Of a DNA stretch of 64,000 bases, positions 13,570 to 23,676 are shown piece after piece. The position numbers and the translations under genes are program-made. Location of the stretch: assembly GCA_041396265.1 (NCBI GenBank), contig JAWKYX010000009.1:11251-75250 (forward strand), read 5' to 3'. The notes under the pieces were generated by a model. That model had not been told where the DNA came from and made no database searches. It saw only the letters and a program-made list of their open reading frames with translations. Within the stretch, counting starts at the first letter, position 1. Every line of letters starts with the position of its first letter. The stretch comes from Rhodocyclaceae bacterium (lineage in GTDB: Bacteria; Pseudomonadota; Gammaproteobacteria; Burkholderiales; Rhodocyclaceae).

Positions 13570-14565
13570 ATGAACGTGCTCTGGCTCCAGTCCGGCGGTT
13601 GCGGCGGCTGTACCATGTCGCTGCTGTGCGCCGATACGCCCAACCTGATGGCCACCCTGGCCGACGGCGGTGTCGAGTTGCTGTGGCATCCGAGTCTGTC
13701 GGAGCGCAGCGGCGACGATGTGGTCGGGTTGCTCGAGGCGTGCATCGACGGCCGGCAGGCGCTCGACGTGTTGTGCGTCGAGGGTGCCCTGCTGCGTGGT
13801 CCCAAGGGCAGCGGACGCTTTCACATGCTGGCCGGCACCGGTCGGCCGATGATCGACTGGGTCGGCGCGCTCGCCGGGCAGGCACGTCATGTGGTTGCCG
13901 TGGGCACCTGCGCCGCCTTTGGCGGGGTGACGGCAGCGTCCTTCAACCCCACCGACGCCTGTGGCCTGCAGTACGACGGCGACGCCTCGGGCGGGCTGCT
14001 CGGGGGCGACTTCCGCAGCGCCAGCGGTCTGCCGGTGATCAACATCGCCGGCTGTCCGACGCATCCGGACTGGGTCATCGAGACCCTGCTGGCGCTGGCC
14101 ATGGACGAGGTCACGGCCGACAGCCTCGACGCCCTCGGCCGGCCGCGTTTCTACGCCGACCACCTGGTGCACCACGGCTGTTCGCGCAACGAGTTTTACG
14201 AATTCAAGGCCAGCGCCGAGAAGCCGTCGGACCTCGGCTGCATGATGGAGCACATGGGCTGCAAGGGCACTCAGGCGCATGCCGACTGCAACCTGCGGCC
14301 ATGGAACGGGCAGGGCTCATGCACCAACGGCGGCTATGCCTGTATCAGCTGCACCGAGCCGGGCTTTGAAGAGCCCGGCCACCCGTTTGCCCAGACCCCC
14401 AAGATCGGCGGCATTCCCATCGGCCTGCCGACCGACATGCCCAAGGCCTGGTTCGTGGCCCTGGCCGCCTTGTCCAAGTCAGCCACGCCGAACCGTGTGC
14501 GCACCAATGCCACGGCCGACCACCCGGTGGTCACCCCCGCCATCCGCCGGACCGGACGCAAATGA
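13570..14565 (+). CDS. hoxB: Regulatory (H2-sensing) [NiFe]-hydrogenase small subunit
   Basis: WLQSGGCGGC, GCPTHP, HHGCSRNEFY; no Tat signal; C-terminal PKAWFVALA tail as in HoxB/HupU. Confidence 0.95.
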   Translation: MNVLWLQSGGCGGCTMSLLCADTPNLMATLADGGVELLWHPSLSERSGDDVVGLLEACIDGRQALDVLCVEGALLRGPKGSGRFHMLAGTGRPMIDWVGALAGQARHVVAVGTCAAFGGVTAASFNPTDACGLQYDGDASGGLLGGDFRSASGLPVINIAGCPTHPDWVIETLLALAMDEVTADSLDALGRPRFYADHLVHHGCSRNEFYEFKASAEKPSDLGCMMEHMGCKGTQAHADCNLRPWNGQGSCTNGGYACISCTEPGFEEPGHPFAQTPKIGGIPIGLPTDMPKAWFVALAALSKSATPNRVRTNATADHPVVTPAIRRTGRK

Positions 14566-16019
14566 GCCGCCAGGTACTGGGCCCGTTCAACCGGGTCGAG
14601 GGCGACCTGGAGGTGACGCTCGAGACGCGGGATGGCCATGTCAGCGCAGCCTGGGTCAATTCACCCCTGTACCGCGGCTTCGAGCAGATCCTGCAGGGCA
14701 AGGCGCCCATGGATGCGCTCACCCTGGTGCCGCGCATCTGCGGCATCTGTTCGGTCTCGCAATCGGCGGCGGCCGCCGCCGCGCTGGCCAATCTGGCCGG
14801 GGTGGCGCCGCCGCCCAACGGTGAGCGGGCCAACAACCTGATGCTGGCGGCCGAGAACCTGGCCGACCACTTCACCCATTTCTACCTCTTCTTCATGCCG
14901 GATTTCGCCCGCGACGCCTATGCCGGCATGCCGGGCTTCGACGCCGTGCGGGCGCGCTTCAAGGCGGTCGAAGGCTCGGCCGCGGCCGAGGCGCTGCCGA
15001 CGCGGGCGCGCTTCCTGCAAGTGATGGGCACGCTGGCCGGCAAGTGGCCGCACACCCTCAGCCTGCAGCCGGGTGGTTCGGCGCGCGCCATTTTGCCGGC
15101 CGAGCGGGTGCGCCTGCTGAGCCTGCTGCGCGAGTTCCGCGGCTGGCTCGAGCGGCATCTGTTCGGGGATGCGCTCGAAGCGGTCACCGCGCTCGATTCG
15201 ACCGATGCCCTGTGGGCCTGGTTCGAGGCGGCGGGGCCGACGCGGGGAGATCTGGCACGCTTTCTCGACCTGTCACAGCAGCTGTCGCTCGACACCCTGG
15301 GACGCTGTCCCGAGCGCTATCTGAGCTTTGGCAACTATCCGCTGGGCCGTACCCGGCAGGTCATGCCCGGCGTCTGGGATGCCGCAGTTGGCGCGGTGCA
15401 CCCGATCGACTCGCGCGACATCATCGAAGATCTCTCCCATGCCTGGCTGGCCGGATCGGCCGAGCGCCACCATCCGCTGGCCGGTGAAACCCACCCCGAT
15501 GCCGACAAGCCAGATGCCTACACCTGGTGCAAGGCGCCGCGCTGGCGTGACAAGGTGGTGCAGTGCGGCGCCCTGGCGCGGCAGGTGGTTGATGGCCATC
15601 CGCTGGCACGCGAGCTCGCGGCGCACGGCGGCGGCAATGTGATGAGCCGGGAGGTTGGCCGGTTGCTGGAGATCGCCCGTGTGGTGCCGATGATGGAGGC
15701 CTGGGTGCGCGAGCTGGTGCCGGGAGAGCCCTTCTGTGTCGACACGGTGCTGCCCGACAGTGGTGTCGGCATCGGCCTGGTCGAAGCGGCGCGCGGCGCG
15801 CTCGGCCACTGGCTGGTGGTGCGCAACGGCCGCATCCAGAACTATCAGATCATCGCCCCCACCACCTGGAACTTCTCCCCGCGCGACGCGGCCGGCACGC
15901 CCGGCGCCCTGGAGCAGGCGTTGGTCGGCACCCCCGTTGGCGAGGCGGCTGGCATGCCACTGGCGGTGCAGCATGTGGTGCGCTCCTTCGATCCGTGCAT
16001 GGTGTGCACGGTGCACTGA
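14562..16019 (+). CDS. hoxC: Regulatory [NiFe]-hydrogenase large subunit (group 2b)
   Basis: GPFNRVEGDLE, PRICGICSVSQ, ends at DPCMVCTVH with no cleavable extension. Confidence 0.96.
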   Translation: MSRQVLGPFNRVEGDLEVTLETRDGHVSAAWVNSPLYRGFEQILQGKAPMDALTLVPRICGICSVSQSAAAAAALANLAGVAPPPNGERANNLMLAAENLADHFTHFYLFFMPDFARDAYAGMPGFDAVRARFKAVEGSAAAEALPTRARFLQVMGTLAGKWPHTLSLQPGGSARAILPAERVRLLSLLREFRGWLERHLFGDALEAVTALDSTDALWAWFEAAGPTRGDLARFLDLSQQLSLDTLGRCPERYLSFGNYPLGRTRQVMPGVWDAAVGAVHPIDSRDIIEDLSHAWLAGSAERHHPLAGETHPDADKPDAYTWCKAPRWRDKVVQCGALARQVVDGHPLARELAAHGGGNVMSREVGRLLEIARVVPMMEAWVRELVPGEPFCVDTVLPDSGVGIGLVEAARGALGHWLVVRNGRIQNYQIIAPTTWNFSPRDAAGTPGALEQALVGTPVGEAAGMPLAVQHVVRSFDPCMVCTVH

Positions 16020-16031
16020 GCGGGCCGCGTC

Positions 16032-17387
16032 ATGACCAAGCCCCCCGACAAGAAACACGACATCGGTCACACCGGTCACCCCGGCGAGCTGGTGGGCGTG
16101 GGTGAAGAGGTGTGGATGGATGTCATCCACAAGATGGACGAGGTCTACTCCGACCTGCTGCAGTACGAGGTGGCGCTCGAGGAGAAGAATGCCAAGCTGG
16201 AGGAATCACAGCAGTTCATCCTCTCGGTGCTCACCGCGATGTCCGACATTCTCGTGGTGTGCGGGCGCGATGGCGTCATCGAGGACGTGAACCCGTCGCT
16301 GGAAGTGATTACCGGCAAGAGCGCCGAGACCTTGCGCGGTAGCGCCATCTACGATCTGTTTGCCGACGAGGACGCCCGCGCCAAGGCGCGTCATCTGCTG
16401 ACCGTGTTCGGCGAACGCGAGGTGCACGACTGCGAATTGCAACTGCGTGCGCACGACGGCTCGGCGGTGCCGGTGTCCTTCAACTGCACGCCACGCTTCA
16501 ATGCAGTGGGCAAGTCGATGGGCATGGTGGTGACCGGCCGCCCGGTGGGCGAGTTGCGCCGCGCCTACCAGGCGCTGCGCCAAGCGCACGACGACCTCAA
16601 GCGCACCCAGCAGCAGCTGCTGCACTCTGAAAAAATGGCCTCGCTCGGCCGGCTGGTGGCGGGCGTGGCGCATGAGCTGAACAACCCGATCAGCTTCATC
16701 CTCGGCAATGTGCATGCGCTGCGTCGCTACGCCGACCGGCTGGAGACCTACCTCGGCGCGGTGCACGCGGGCGACTCGCCGGAGCAACTGGCCGAGCAGC
16801 GCCAGCGCCTGCGCATCGATCGCATCCTGTCGGATCTCGACCCGCTCATCGACGGCACCATCGAGGGCGCCGAGCGCACCCGCCAGATCGTCGACGGGCT
16901 CAAGCGCTTCTCGGCCATCGATCGCGACGAGCAACAACATTTCGATCTGGCCGAGGTGGTCGAGCGGGCGGTGCGCTGGGTCTGCCAGGCCGCGCGCAAG
17001 GAGTTCGAGGTGCGCCTCGACATCCCCGCGCCGCTACCGATGGTCGGTTCGGCCGGGCAGATGCAGCAAGTGATGATGAACCTGGTGCAGAACGCCTGGG
17101 ATGCCACCGGCGCACTCGACCACCCGGCCTTGCAGATCGCGGCGGAGGTGGACGCGGGGCAGGTGTGCCTGCATTTCAAGGACAACGGGCCGGGCATCGA
17201 GGCAGACCATCTGGCCCATGTGTTCGATCCGTTCTTCACCACCAAGCCGGTCGGGCAGGGCACCGGCCTGGGGCTGGCGATCAGCTACGGCATTGTCGAA
17301 CGCCACGGTGGCCGCCTGTCGGTGGCCAACGCCGCCGACGGCGGCGCCATCTTCAGCGTGCGCCTGCCGCTTACTCCAGCGAGCTGA
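16032..17387 (+). CDS. hoxJ: PAS histidine kinase HoxJ/HupT
   Basis: PAS domain, H-box GVAHELNNP, DPFFTTK..G.GTGLGL; directly after hoxBC. Confidence 0.93.
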   Translation: MTKPPDKKHDIGHTGHPGELVGVGEEVWMDVIHKMDEVYSDLLQYEVALEEKNAKLEESQQFILSVLTAMSDILVVCGRDGVIEDVNPSLEVITGKSAETLRGSAIYDLFADEDARAKARHLLTVFGEREVHDCELQLRAHDGSAVPVSFNCTPRFNAVGKSMGMVVTGRPVGELRRAYQALRQAHDDLKRTQQQLLHSEKMASLGRLVAGVAHELNNPISFILGNVHALRRYADRLETYLGAVHAGDSPEQLAEQRQRLRIDRILSDLDPLIDGTIEGAERTRQIVDGLKRFSAIDRDEQQHFDLAEVVERAVRWVCQAARKEFEVRLDIPAPLPMVGSAGQMQQVMMNLVQNAWDATGALDHPALQIAAEVDAGQVCLHFKDNGPGIEADHLAHVFDPFFTTKPVGQGTGLGLAISYGIVERHGGRLSVANAADGGAIFSVRLPLTPAS

Positions 17388-17988
17388 TGTAGGTCGCCAC
17401 CGCCTTGGTCTCCAGCTCGGTGAGCTTGGCGGCGATGGTGTGCATGATGGCGTTGTCGTTGGTGCGGGCGCGGCTGTTGAATGACGCGAGCTGGTTCTCC
17501 AGGTAGCGCGCGTTCTGACCGGCCAGGCGCGGCAGCGTGTCGGTGCCGTAGCCTTTCTCGCCATGACAGGAGGCGCAGGCGGCCACGCCGGAATACTCGT
17601 TGCCGCGCTCGAAGATGAACTTGCCGACCGCGTTGAGCCCCTCGTCGAGCACCCGTCGAGCGCGCGCCGGTTTTTTCTCGAAGTACACCCCCAATGCGAG
17701 CATCTCCTCGTCCGTCAGGCCGGTCACCATGCTGCTCATGGTGTCACTGGCACGCTTGCCGCTTTTGAAGTCGGCCAGTTGCTTGGCGATGTACTGGTAG
17801 TGCTGGCCGGCCAGCTTGGGGTGGGTGGTGGTCGAGCTCTCGCCATCGACGCCGTGGCACAGCGAGCAGCGCTCGGTGACGATCTGGGTGGCGCGGGTGA
17901 GGTCGACGGCGGGCAACTCGGCGGCCAGCGCGCCGGTCATCGGGGTGATCAATCCGCCCAGAACAAGGGCCGTGCGCAGCGAGGGCAT
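17371..17988 (-). CDS. Diheme cytochrome c4-type protein
   Basis: Signal peptide, CSLCH and CASCH, PKLAGQ/PRLAGQ. Confidence 0.9.
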   Translation of the reverse strand: MPSLRTALVLGGLITPMTGALAAELPAVDLTRATQIVTERCSLCHGVDGESSTTTHPKLAGQHYQYIAKQLADFKSGKRASDTMSSMVTGLTDEEMLALGVYFEKKPARARRVLDEGLNAVGKFIFERGNEYSGVAACASCHGEKGYGTDTLPRLAGQNARYLENQLASFNSRARTNDNAIMHTIAAKLTELETKAVATYISSLE

Positions 17989-18185
17989 GTCGTGTCTCCT
18001 GACAATAGCGAGGGCAATCGGTCAATGCGCAAAGCGTAGCAGAAGTGGCGGTGGGCTTCGACGGCTGCCACGATGCGGCATGGGGGTGGTTAGCGGATAG
18101 CCAACCGGTTGCCCCGGGTGGGAGTGCGCTTGCCGCACGATCGCCGTTGCGGCGGCTAAGTTGTTGATTTACGGGCGTGCGCTGT

Positions 18186-18202
18186 TTGGCACACATCTTG
18201 AT
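18186..18202 (+). promoter_or_regulatory. Putative sigma54 (-24/-12) promoter for hupE
   Basis: TTGGCACACATCTTGAT vs consensus TGGCAC-N5-TTGC (GA in place of GC at -12), about 50 bp upstream of hupE. Confidence 0.5.
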
Positions 18203-18252
18203 TCAGTAGACTACTGTCGGTTTTTTCTTCGATCTTCCTCAGGAGGTGTGTC

Positions 18253-18828
18253 ATGGCGACATCGCGTGTTCTACTTGCTCTCGTGCTGGCGGGCTGTGCC
18301 GGGTCGGCCATGGCGCATGGAGGGCATGCCGGCGCGCACTTCGGTGCCGGCCTGGCGCACCCGTTCTCCGGGCTCGACCATGTGCTGGCCATGCTGGCCG
18401 TGGGCATGGTCGCCACGCAATGCCCCGGCCATGGCCGCTGGCTGCTGCCCGCCGGTTTCGTGATGGCGATGCTGGCCGGCGCGGGGCTGGGGGCGCTCGG
18501 CGTGGCGCTGCCGGGGGTGGAGGCGGGCATCGCCGTGTCGGTGGTGGTTCTGGGGGCCTGGCTTGCGCTGGGTCGGCCGGCTTCGCTGTGGGTGATGCTA
18601 CCGCTGGTCGGGGTGTTTGCGCTGTTCCATGGCGCCGCGCATTTTGCCGAGGCGGGCAACGCCAGCCTGGTGCGCTATGCCGCAGGTTTCGCCGTCGCCA
18701 CCGCCACCTTGCATGGCGCGGGTTATCTGCTGGCGCGCTGGGCGCCGCGCTCATTGCTGGCCACACGCGCCAAGCGCGCCGCCGGGATGACCATGGCCGG
18801 GGTCGGACTGGTCCTGCTCGGCGGCTGA
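18253..18828 (+). CDS. hupE: HupE/UreJ family nickel transporter
   Basis: Signal peptide then His, HPFSGLDHVLAM, FHGAAH. Confidence 0.93.
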   Translation: MATSRVLLALVLAGCAGSAMAHGGHAGAHFGAGLAHPFSGLDHVLAMLAVGMVATQCPGHGRWLLPAGFVMAMLAGAGLGALGVALPGVEAGIAVSVVVLGAWLALGRPASLWVMLPLVGVFALFHGAAHFAEAGNASLVRYAAGFAVATATLHGAGYLLARWAPRSLLATRAKRAAGMTMAGVGLVLLGG

Positions 18829-18953
18829 TACCTGCGGCCGGGCGTGGGCCCGGCCGGGATGCCCTACCTCGCAAAGGGTTATTCCCGACAAAATTTGTCG
18901 GGATTGCGTCGACTTGGTAAACTCGCGCTCATTGCCTAACCGCCGGGATCGCG

Positions 18954-20987
18954 ATGTCGAACCGTCTCGCTGGGGAAACCTCCCCCTATCTGCGTCAGCA
19001 TGCCGACAACCCGGTGCATTGGCAGCCGTGGGATGCCGAAGCGCTGGCGCAGGCGCGCACCGAAGACAAGCCCATCCTGCTGTCGATTGGCTACTCGGCC
19101 TGTCACTGGTGCCACGTGATGGCCCACGAGTCCTTCGAGGACGCGGCGACCGCCGAGGTGATGAACCGGCTGTTCGTCTGCATCAAGGTTGACCGCGAAG
19201 AGCGCCCGGACCTCGATCACATCTACCAGAGCGCCCACCAGATGCTCTCCGGGCGCACCGGTGGCTGGCCGCTGACGGTGTTTCTGACGCCAGACGGCAC
19301 GCCCTTTTACTCCGGCACCTATTTCCCCCCGTCGCCGCGACACGGCCTGCCCGGATTTGTCGATCTGCTCGAGCGGGTGGCGGCCGGTTGGTCGGGGCAG
19401 CGCGCGGCGATCGTCGAGCAAAACACGCAATTGCATGCCGCGCTTGCGCAGACAGCGCAGGTGGGCGACGTGGCCCCCGAGCAGTTCGGCGACCAGCCCA
19501 TCCGAGCGGCCTGCGATGGCATGGAGGCCGCGTTCGACATGGACTACGGCGGCTTTGGCAAGGCGCCGAAGTTTCCGCACCCCGCAGACCTGGCGTTGCT
19601 GCTGCATCGCTACCGCTGCGCGGGCAATGCCAGCGCCGGTGCGATGGTCCGATTGACGCTGCAGCGCATGGCCGAGGGGGGCATTTTTGACCAGCTCGGC
19701 GGCGGCTTCTGCCGCTACAGCGTTGACGAGCGCTGGGAGATTCCGCACTTCGAGAAGATGCTCTACGACAACGGGCCCCTGCTCGCGCTGTATGCCGAAG
19801 CGGCCGTCTGTTGGGATGAGCCGCGTTTCCGCCAGGTGGCCGAGGACACCGCTGGCTGGGCACTGCGCGAGATGCGCACGCCGGCGGGCGCTTTCTGGTC
19901 TGCGCTGGATGCGGACTCCGAAGGCGAGGAGGGGCGCTTCTATGTGTGGACGCGGGATGCGGTGAAAGCCGCCGTGGCGCCGGCCGACCGGGCCTTTGCG
20001 CTCGCCGTGTTCGGCATGGAGGGCATGCCGAACTTCGACGGCCATGCCTGGCACCTGAGCCTGCGCAAGCCGCTCGACGAAGTCGCCGGCGAGGTGGGCC
20101 TGGACCCCGCACAGGCCGAGGCGACGCTGGCGCGGGTGCGCGCCGCGTTGCTGGCAGTGCGCGACGGGCGCGTCCGACCGGGGCTGGACGACAAGGTGCT
20201 CACCGCCTGGAACGGACTGATGATCCACGGCCTGGCCCGTGCCGGCCGGGTGCTCGGGCGGGGCGACTGGGTTGCCGCGGCGCAGGTCGCGATGGATTTC
20301 GTCCGCCAGCACCTGTGGGATGGCGAGCGCCTGCTGGCGAGCTGGAGCGGCGGCCAGGCGCGGCTCAATGGCTATCTGGATGACTACGCCTTTGTGCTGG
20401 CGGCCCTGGTGGAGCTGCTTCAGGCCGACTGGCGTCCGGCGGATGCCGACTTTGCGGTGTCGGTGGCCGACGCGCTGATCGCGCGCTTTGGCGAGCCTGG
20501 TAGCGGCGGCTTCTACTTCACCAGCGATGACCACGAAACCCTGTTGCTGCGCCCGCGCACCGGGCACGATGGCGCCTTGCCCTCGGGCAACGGCGTGGCG
20601 GCGCGAGCCCTGCAGCAACTGGGACACTTGCTGGGGGTGCCGAGCTACCTCAATGCCGCGACCGGTTGCCTGCGCGCCTTTTATGGCGGCATGCGACAGT
20701 CGGCCATGGGCTTCGGCAGCCTGCATGTGGCACTGGCCGAGTGGCTGGCGCCGCCGCGGGTGGTGGTGCTGCGCGGGCCGCAGGCCGATTGCGATCAGTG
20801 GGCCGCGCGCGCAGCGCGGCTGGCTGATCCGGCCACGCTGGTGGTGTCGCTGGGCACGCGGGACGATGTACCGCCGGCGCTGGCCAAGCCGGTTGAGAAT
20901 CATGTCAACGCCTGGGTCTGTTCAGGCGTTGAGTGTCTGTCGCCAATAGACGACTGGGTGCGTCTTGCGAGCGAATTGGGCGGGTAG
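18954..20987 (+). CDS. Thioredoxin-domain YyaL/SSP411-family protein
   Basis: [37 protein letters not shown]. Confidence 0.93.
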   Translation: MSNRLAGETSPYLRQHADNPVHWQPWDAEALAQARTEDKPILLSIGYSACHWCHVMAHESFEDAATAEVMNRLFVCIKVDREERPDLDHIYQSAHQMLSGRTGGWPLTVFLTPDGTPFYSGTYFPPSPRHGLPGFVDLLERVAAGWSGQRAAIVEQNTQLHAALAQTAQVGDVAPEQFGDQPIRAACDGMEAAFDMDYGGFGKAPKFPHPADLALLLHRYRCAGNASAGAMVRLTLQRMAEGGIFDQLGGGFCRYSVDERWEIPHFEKMLYDNGPLLALYAEAAVCWDEPRFRQVAEDTAGWALREMRTPAGAFWSALDADSEGEEGRFYVWTRDAVKAAVAPADRAFALAVFGMEGMPNFDGHAWHLSLRKPLDEVAGEVGLDPAQAEATLARVRAALLAVRDGRVRPGLDDKVLTAWNGLMIHGLARAGRVLGRGDWVAAAQVAMDFVRQHLWDGERLLASWSGGQARLNGYLDDYAFVLAALVELLQADWRPADADFAVSVADALIARFGEPGSGGFYFTSDDHETLLLRPRTGHDGALPSGNGVAARALQQLGHLLGVPSYLNAATGCLRAFYGGMRQSAMGFGSLHVALAEWLAPPRVVVLRGPQADCDQWAARAARLADPATLVVSLGTRDDVPPALAKPVENHVNAWVCSGVECLSPIDDWVRLASELGG

Positions 20988-21052
20988 GCAAAGCCAGAGC
21001 CTTGGTTTAGTATCCGCCGATGTTGGTTCCACTTAACGATAAGGAAATACCG

Positions 21053-21361
21053 ATGAAAGCACTCGTTGCTGCTACCGTCGCCCTGGGTCTGCTGAGCGCA
21101 GCACCGGCCTTTGCCTCCGCCGATCTGGCCAAGTCCAAGAACTGCCTGGCCTGTCATGCGGTGGACAAGAAGCTGGTCGGCCCGTCCTACAAGGATGTGG
21201 CGGCCAAGTACGCCGGCCAGGCTGATGCTTCCGCCATGCTGGCCGAGAAGATCATGAAGGGCGGCAAGGGCAACTGGGGTCAGGTCCCGATGCCCCCCAA
21301 CCCGCAAGTGAACGCTGAACAGGCCAAGCAACTGGCCGACTGGGTGCTGAGCCAGAAGTAA
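21053..21361 (+). CDS. Monoheme cytochrome c551/c552
   Basis: AAGGA RBS, signal peptide, CLACH, KLVGPSYKDVA, WGQVPMPP. Confidence 0.93.
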   Translation: MKALVAATVALGLLSAAPAFASADLAKSKNCLACHAVDKKLVGPSYKDVAAKYAGQADASAMLAEKIMKGGKGNWGQVPMPPNPQVNAEQAKQLADWVLSQK

Positions 21362-21377
21362 TCAGGCGCAGGCCTTG

Positions 21378-21406
21378 AAAAAACCAGCCTTCGGGCTGGT
21401 TTTTTT
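21378..21406. terminator. Bidirectional intrinsic terminator
   Basis: AAAAAACCAGCC-TTCG-GGCTGGTTTTTTT between convergent genes. Confidence 0.85.
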
Positions 21407-23651
21407 ATGCCTGTTGCGCACTGGCGGGGAGGCTCAGGGCGCCCGGTGGCAGCGGCGGGGCGTCGAGCCAGCGGCTGACATCGTCGGCACTGATCGCCCT
21501 TGAAAACAGGTACCCCTGCATGGTGTCGCAACCCAGGTCTTTCAGGCGGTGGGCCTGTTCTGGCCGCTCGACACCCTCGGCGACCAGATGCAGGCCGAAG
21601 CCGCGGGCGATGCCGGTGATGGCCGAGATGATTGGCTGGGTGCCCTGGCCGTTGAGGTTGTTGACGAAGCTGCGGTCGATCTTGAGGCTGCTGACCGGGA
21701 ATTTCTGCAGGTAGGCCAGTGCTGAATAGCCGGTGCCGAAGTCGTCGATCGAAATGCCGACGCCGCACTCGCGCAGCCGCCGGATGCGGGCGATGACGTC
21801 GGCGGTGTCGCGCATCATCACCCGTTCGGTGATCTCAACCTCGAAGCGGTCCTGCGTCAGTCCGTAGCGCGCGACGCAGTCGGCGACCCGGTCGATGGTG
21901 TCGTCGCGGTCGAAATCCTGCGATGAGAGATTGATCGACATCCGCAAGCCAGGGTGGCCGCGGGCATGCCACTGTGCCAGCTGGGCGGTGGCGGTGTCGA
22001 CCACCCAGTGGCTGATCTCGCGGATCAGGCCGACTTCTTCGGCGACCTGGATGAACGCGGTCGGGCCGATCTGGCCATGGGTGGGGTGTTGCCAGCGCAA
22101 CAGGGCTTCGAGACCGACCAGGCGTCCGCTGGTCATGCTGATCTGGGGCTGGTAGGACAGCGAAAACTCGTTGCGCTGGAGGGCGCTGCGCAAGTCGTTC
22201 TCGAGGCTGATTCGCTCGCGGTAATGCGCGTTCAGGTCGGGGTCGAAGAAGCGGAAGCCGTTCTTGCCTTCGCGCTTGATCTGGTACATCGCGATGTCAG
22301 CGTGCTGGGTCAGCTGCTCGGCGACATCGCCGTCGCGGGGGAAGACGGCGATCCCGATGCTGGCGGTGACATGAAAGTCGCCGTGTTCGAGCTGAAACGG
22401 CGCTGCCAGCGCGGCGTGGATCTTCTGCGCGATGGTCTCGGCGTCTTCGGGGTGGGCGATGTCGGGCAGCAGGACGGTGAATTCGTCACCGCCGAGGCGG
22501 GCGAGGGTGTCGCCCTTGCGCAGGGTTTCCTTCAGCCGGGCAGCAAGCACGCGCAGCAGGCGGTCGCCCTCGCTGTGGCCGTAGGTGTCGTTGACCCGTT
22601 TGAAACGGTCCACATCGATGAACATCACGGCCAGCAGGCCGCCGCGTCGCTGCGCCTGGGCAATGGCCAGTTCGAGCCGGTCCTTGAACAGAATGCGGTT
22701 GGGCAGATGGGTGAGCTGGTCGTGATAGGCCTGGAAGGTGATGATCTCCTCGGCCCGCTTGCGCTCGGAGATATCGCGTGCCACGCCATAGATGCCGGCC
22801 GGGGCGGCGTTATTGTCGCCGGCGTTGCGGCCGTGGATCGGCACCGCATTGAGGGTGACGGTGACGGTGGACGCGCCAGGCTGGCCGTTGTTTGGATCGC
22901 AGCGCCGCAGGCGCAGTTCGAGCACTTGGTGCATGCGCTTGCCGCGAGCGGCTTCGCGCAGCATGGCCTCGACCCGGATGGCGTCGTCGTCGAGCAGCAG
23001 CGTGGTGAATGCCTTGCCGAGCAACTGTTCGCGCGAGTAGCCGAGCATCGCCTCGACCCGCGGGTTGACGTAGTTGAAGACGCCGCTGGGATTGAGGGTG
23101 AAGATGAAGTCGGGCGAGCTTTCGACGAGGTAGCGATGCAGGCGCTCCGAACTCTTCAGGCGCTGGCTCATGACGCCGTTGGCCTGTTCGAGCAAGGCCT
23201 TGTGCAGCACGTTCTGCACTGCACGCTGCAGTTGGGCCACATGGTAGGGCTTGCGCACGTAGTCGTCGGCACCGCGGCGCAGCGCGCCGATGGCGGCATC
23301 GATGGCGTCTTCGCCGCTGATCATCACCACGGCCTCGGGACGGCCGGCATTGGCGAGCCAGTCGAGCACGTCGAGGCCGGTGCCGTCGGGCAGGCGATAG
23401 TCGAGCAGGATCAGGTCGTAGCGGTTGTGCTCGAGCCGCGCAATGGCGTCGGCAACGGTACCGCATTCTTCGAAGCGGCGGCCCGGCTGGGCGAGAACAT
23501 GGGGCAGGGTGCGGCGAAGCGGCGCGTCGTCGTCGACCAGCAGGATACGGCTGGGCCGTTCGTGCGTTCCCGCACGATCGGTGATCGTATGACTAAAGAA
23601 GGGCGCTTCTCCGGGTATGACCATGATCTCCCCGTCGTCGCCAAGCGACAC
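21405..23651 (-). CDS. REC-PAS-GGDEF-EAL diguanylate cyclase/phosphodiesterase
   Basis: Receiver, PAS, RKGD I-site plus GGDEF, EALLRW, DDFGTGYS. Confidence 0.93.
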   Translation of the reverse strand: MSLGDDGEIMVIPGEAPFFSHTITDRAGTHERPSRILLVDDDAPLRRTLPHVLAQPGRRFEECGTVADAIARLEHNRYDLILLDYRLPDGTGLDVLDWLANAGRPEAVVMISGEDAIDAAIGALRRGADDYVRKPYHVAQLQRAVQNVLHKALLEQANGVMSQRLKSSERLHRYLVESSPDFIFTLNPSGVFNYVNPRVEAMLGYSREQLLGKAFTTLLLDDDAIRVEAMLREAARGKRMHQVLELRLRRCDPNNGQPGASTVTVTLNAVPIHGRNAGDNNAAPAGIYGVARDISERKRAEEIITFQAYHDQLTHLPNRILFKDRLELAIAQAQRRGGLLAVMFIDVDRFKRVNDTYGHSEGDRLLRVLAARLKETLRKGDTLARLGGDEFTVLLPDIAHPEDAETIAQKIHAALAAPFQLEHGDFHVTASIGIAVFPRDGDVAEQLTQHADIAMYQIKREGKNGFRFFDPDLNAHYRERISLENDLRSALQRNEFSLSYQPQISMTSGRLVGLEALLRWQHPTHGQIGPTAFIQVAEEVGLIREISHWVVDTATAQLAQWHARGHPGLRMSINLSSQDFDRDDTIDRVADCVARYGLTQDRFEVEITERVMMRDTADVIARIRRLRECGVGISIDDFGTGYSALAYLQKFPVSSLKIDRSFVNNLNGQGTQPIISAITGIARGFGLHLVAEGVERPEQAHRLKDLGCDTMQGYLFSRAISADDVSRWLDAPPLPPGALSLPASAQQA

Positions 23652-23676
23652 AATGACTGGCAGGATGATGCCCGAT

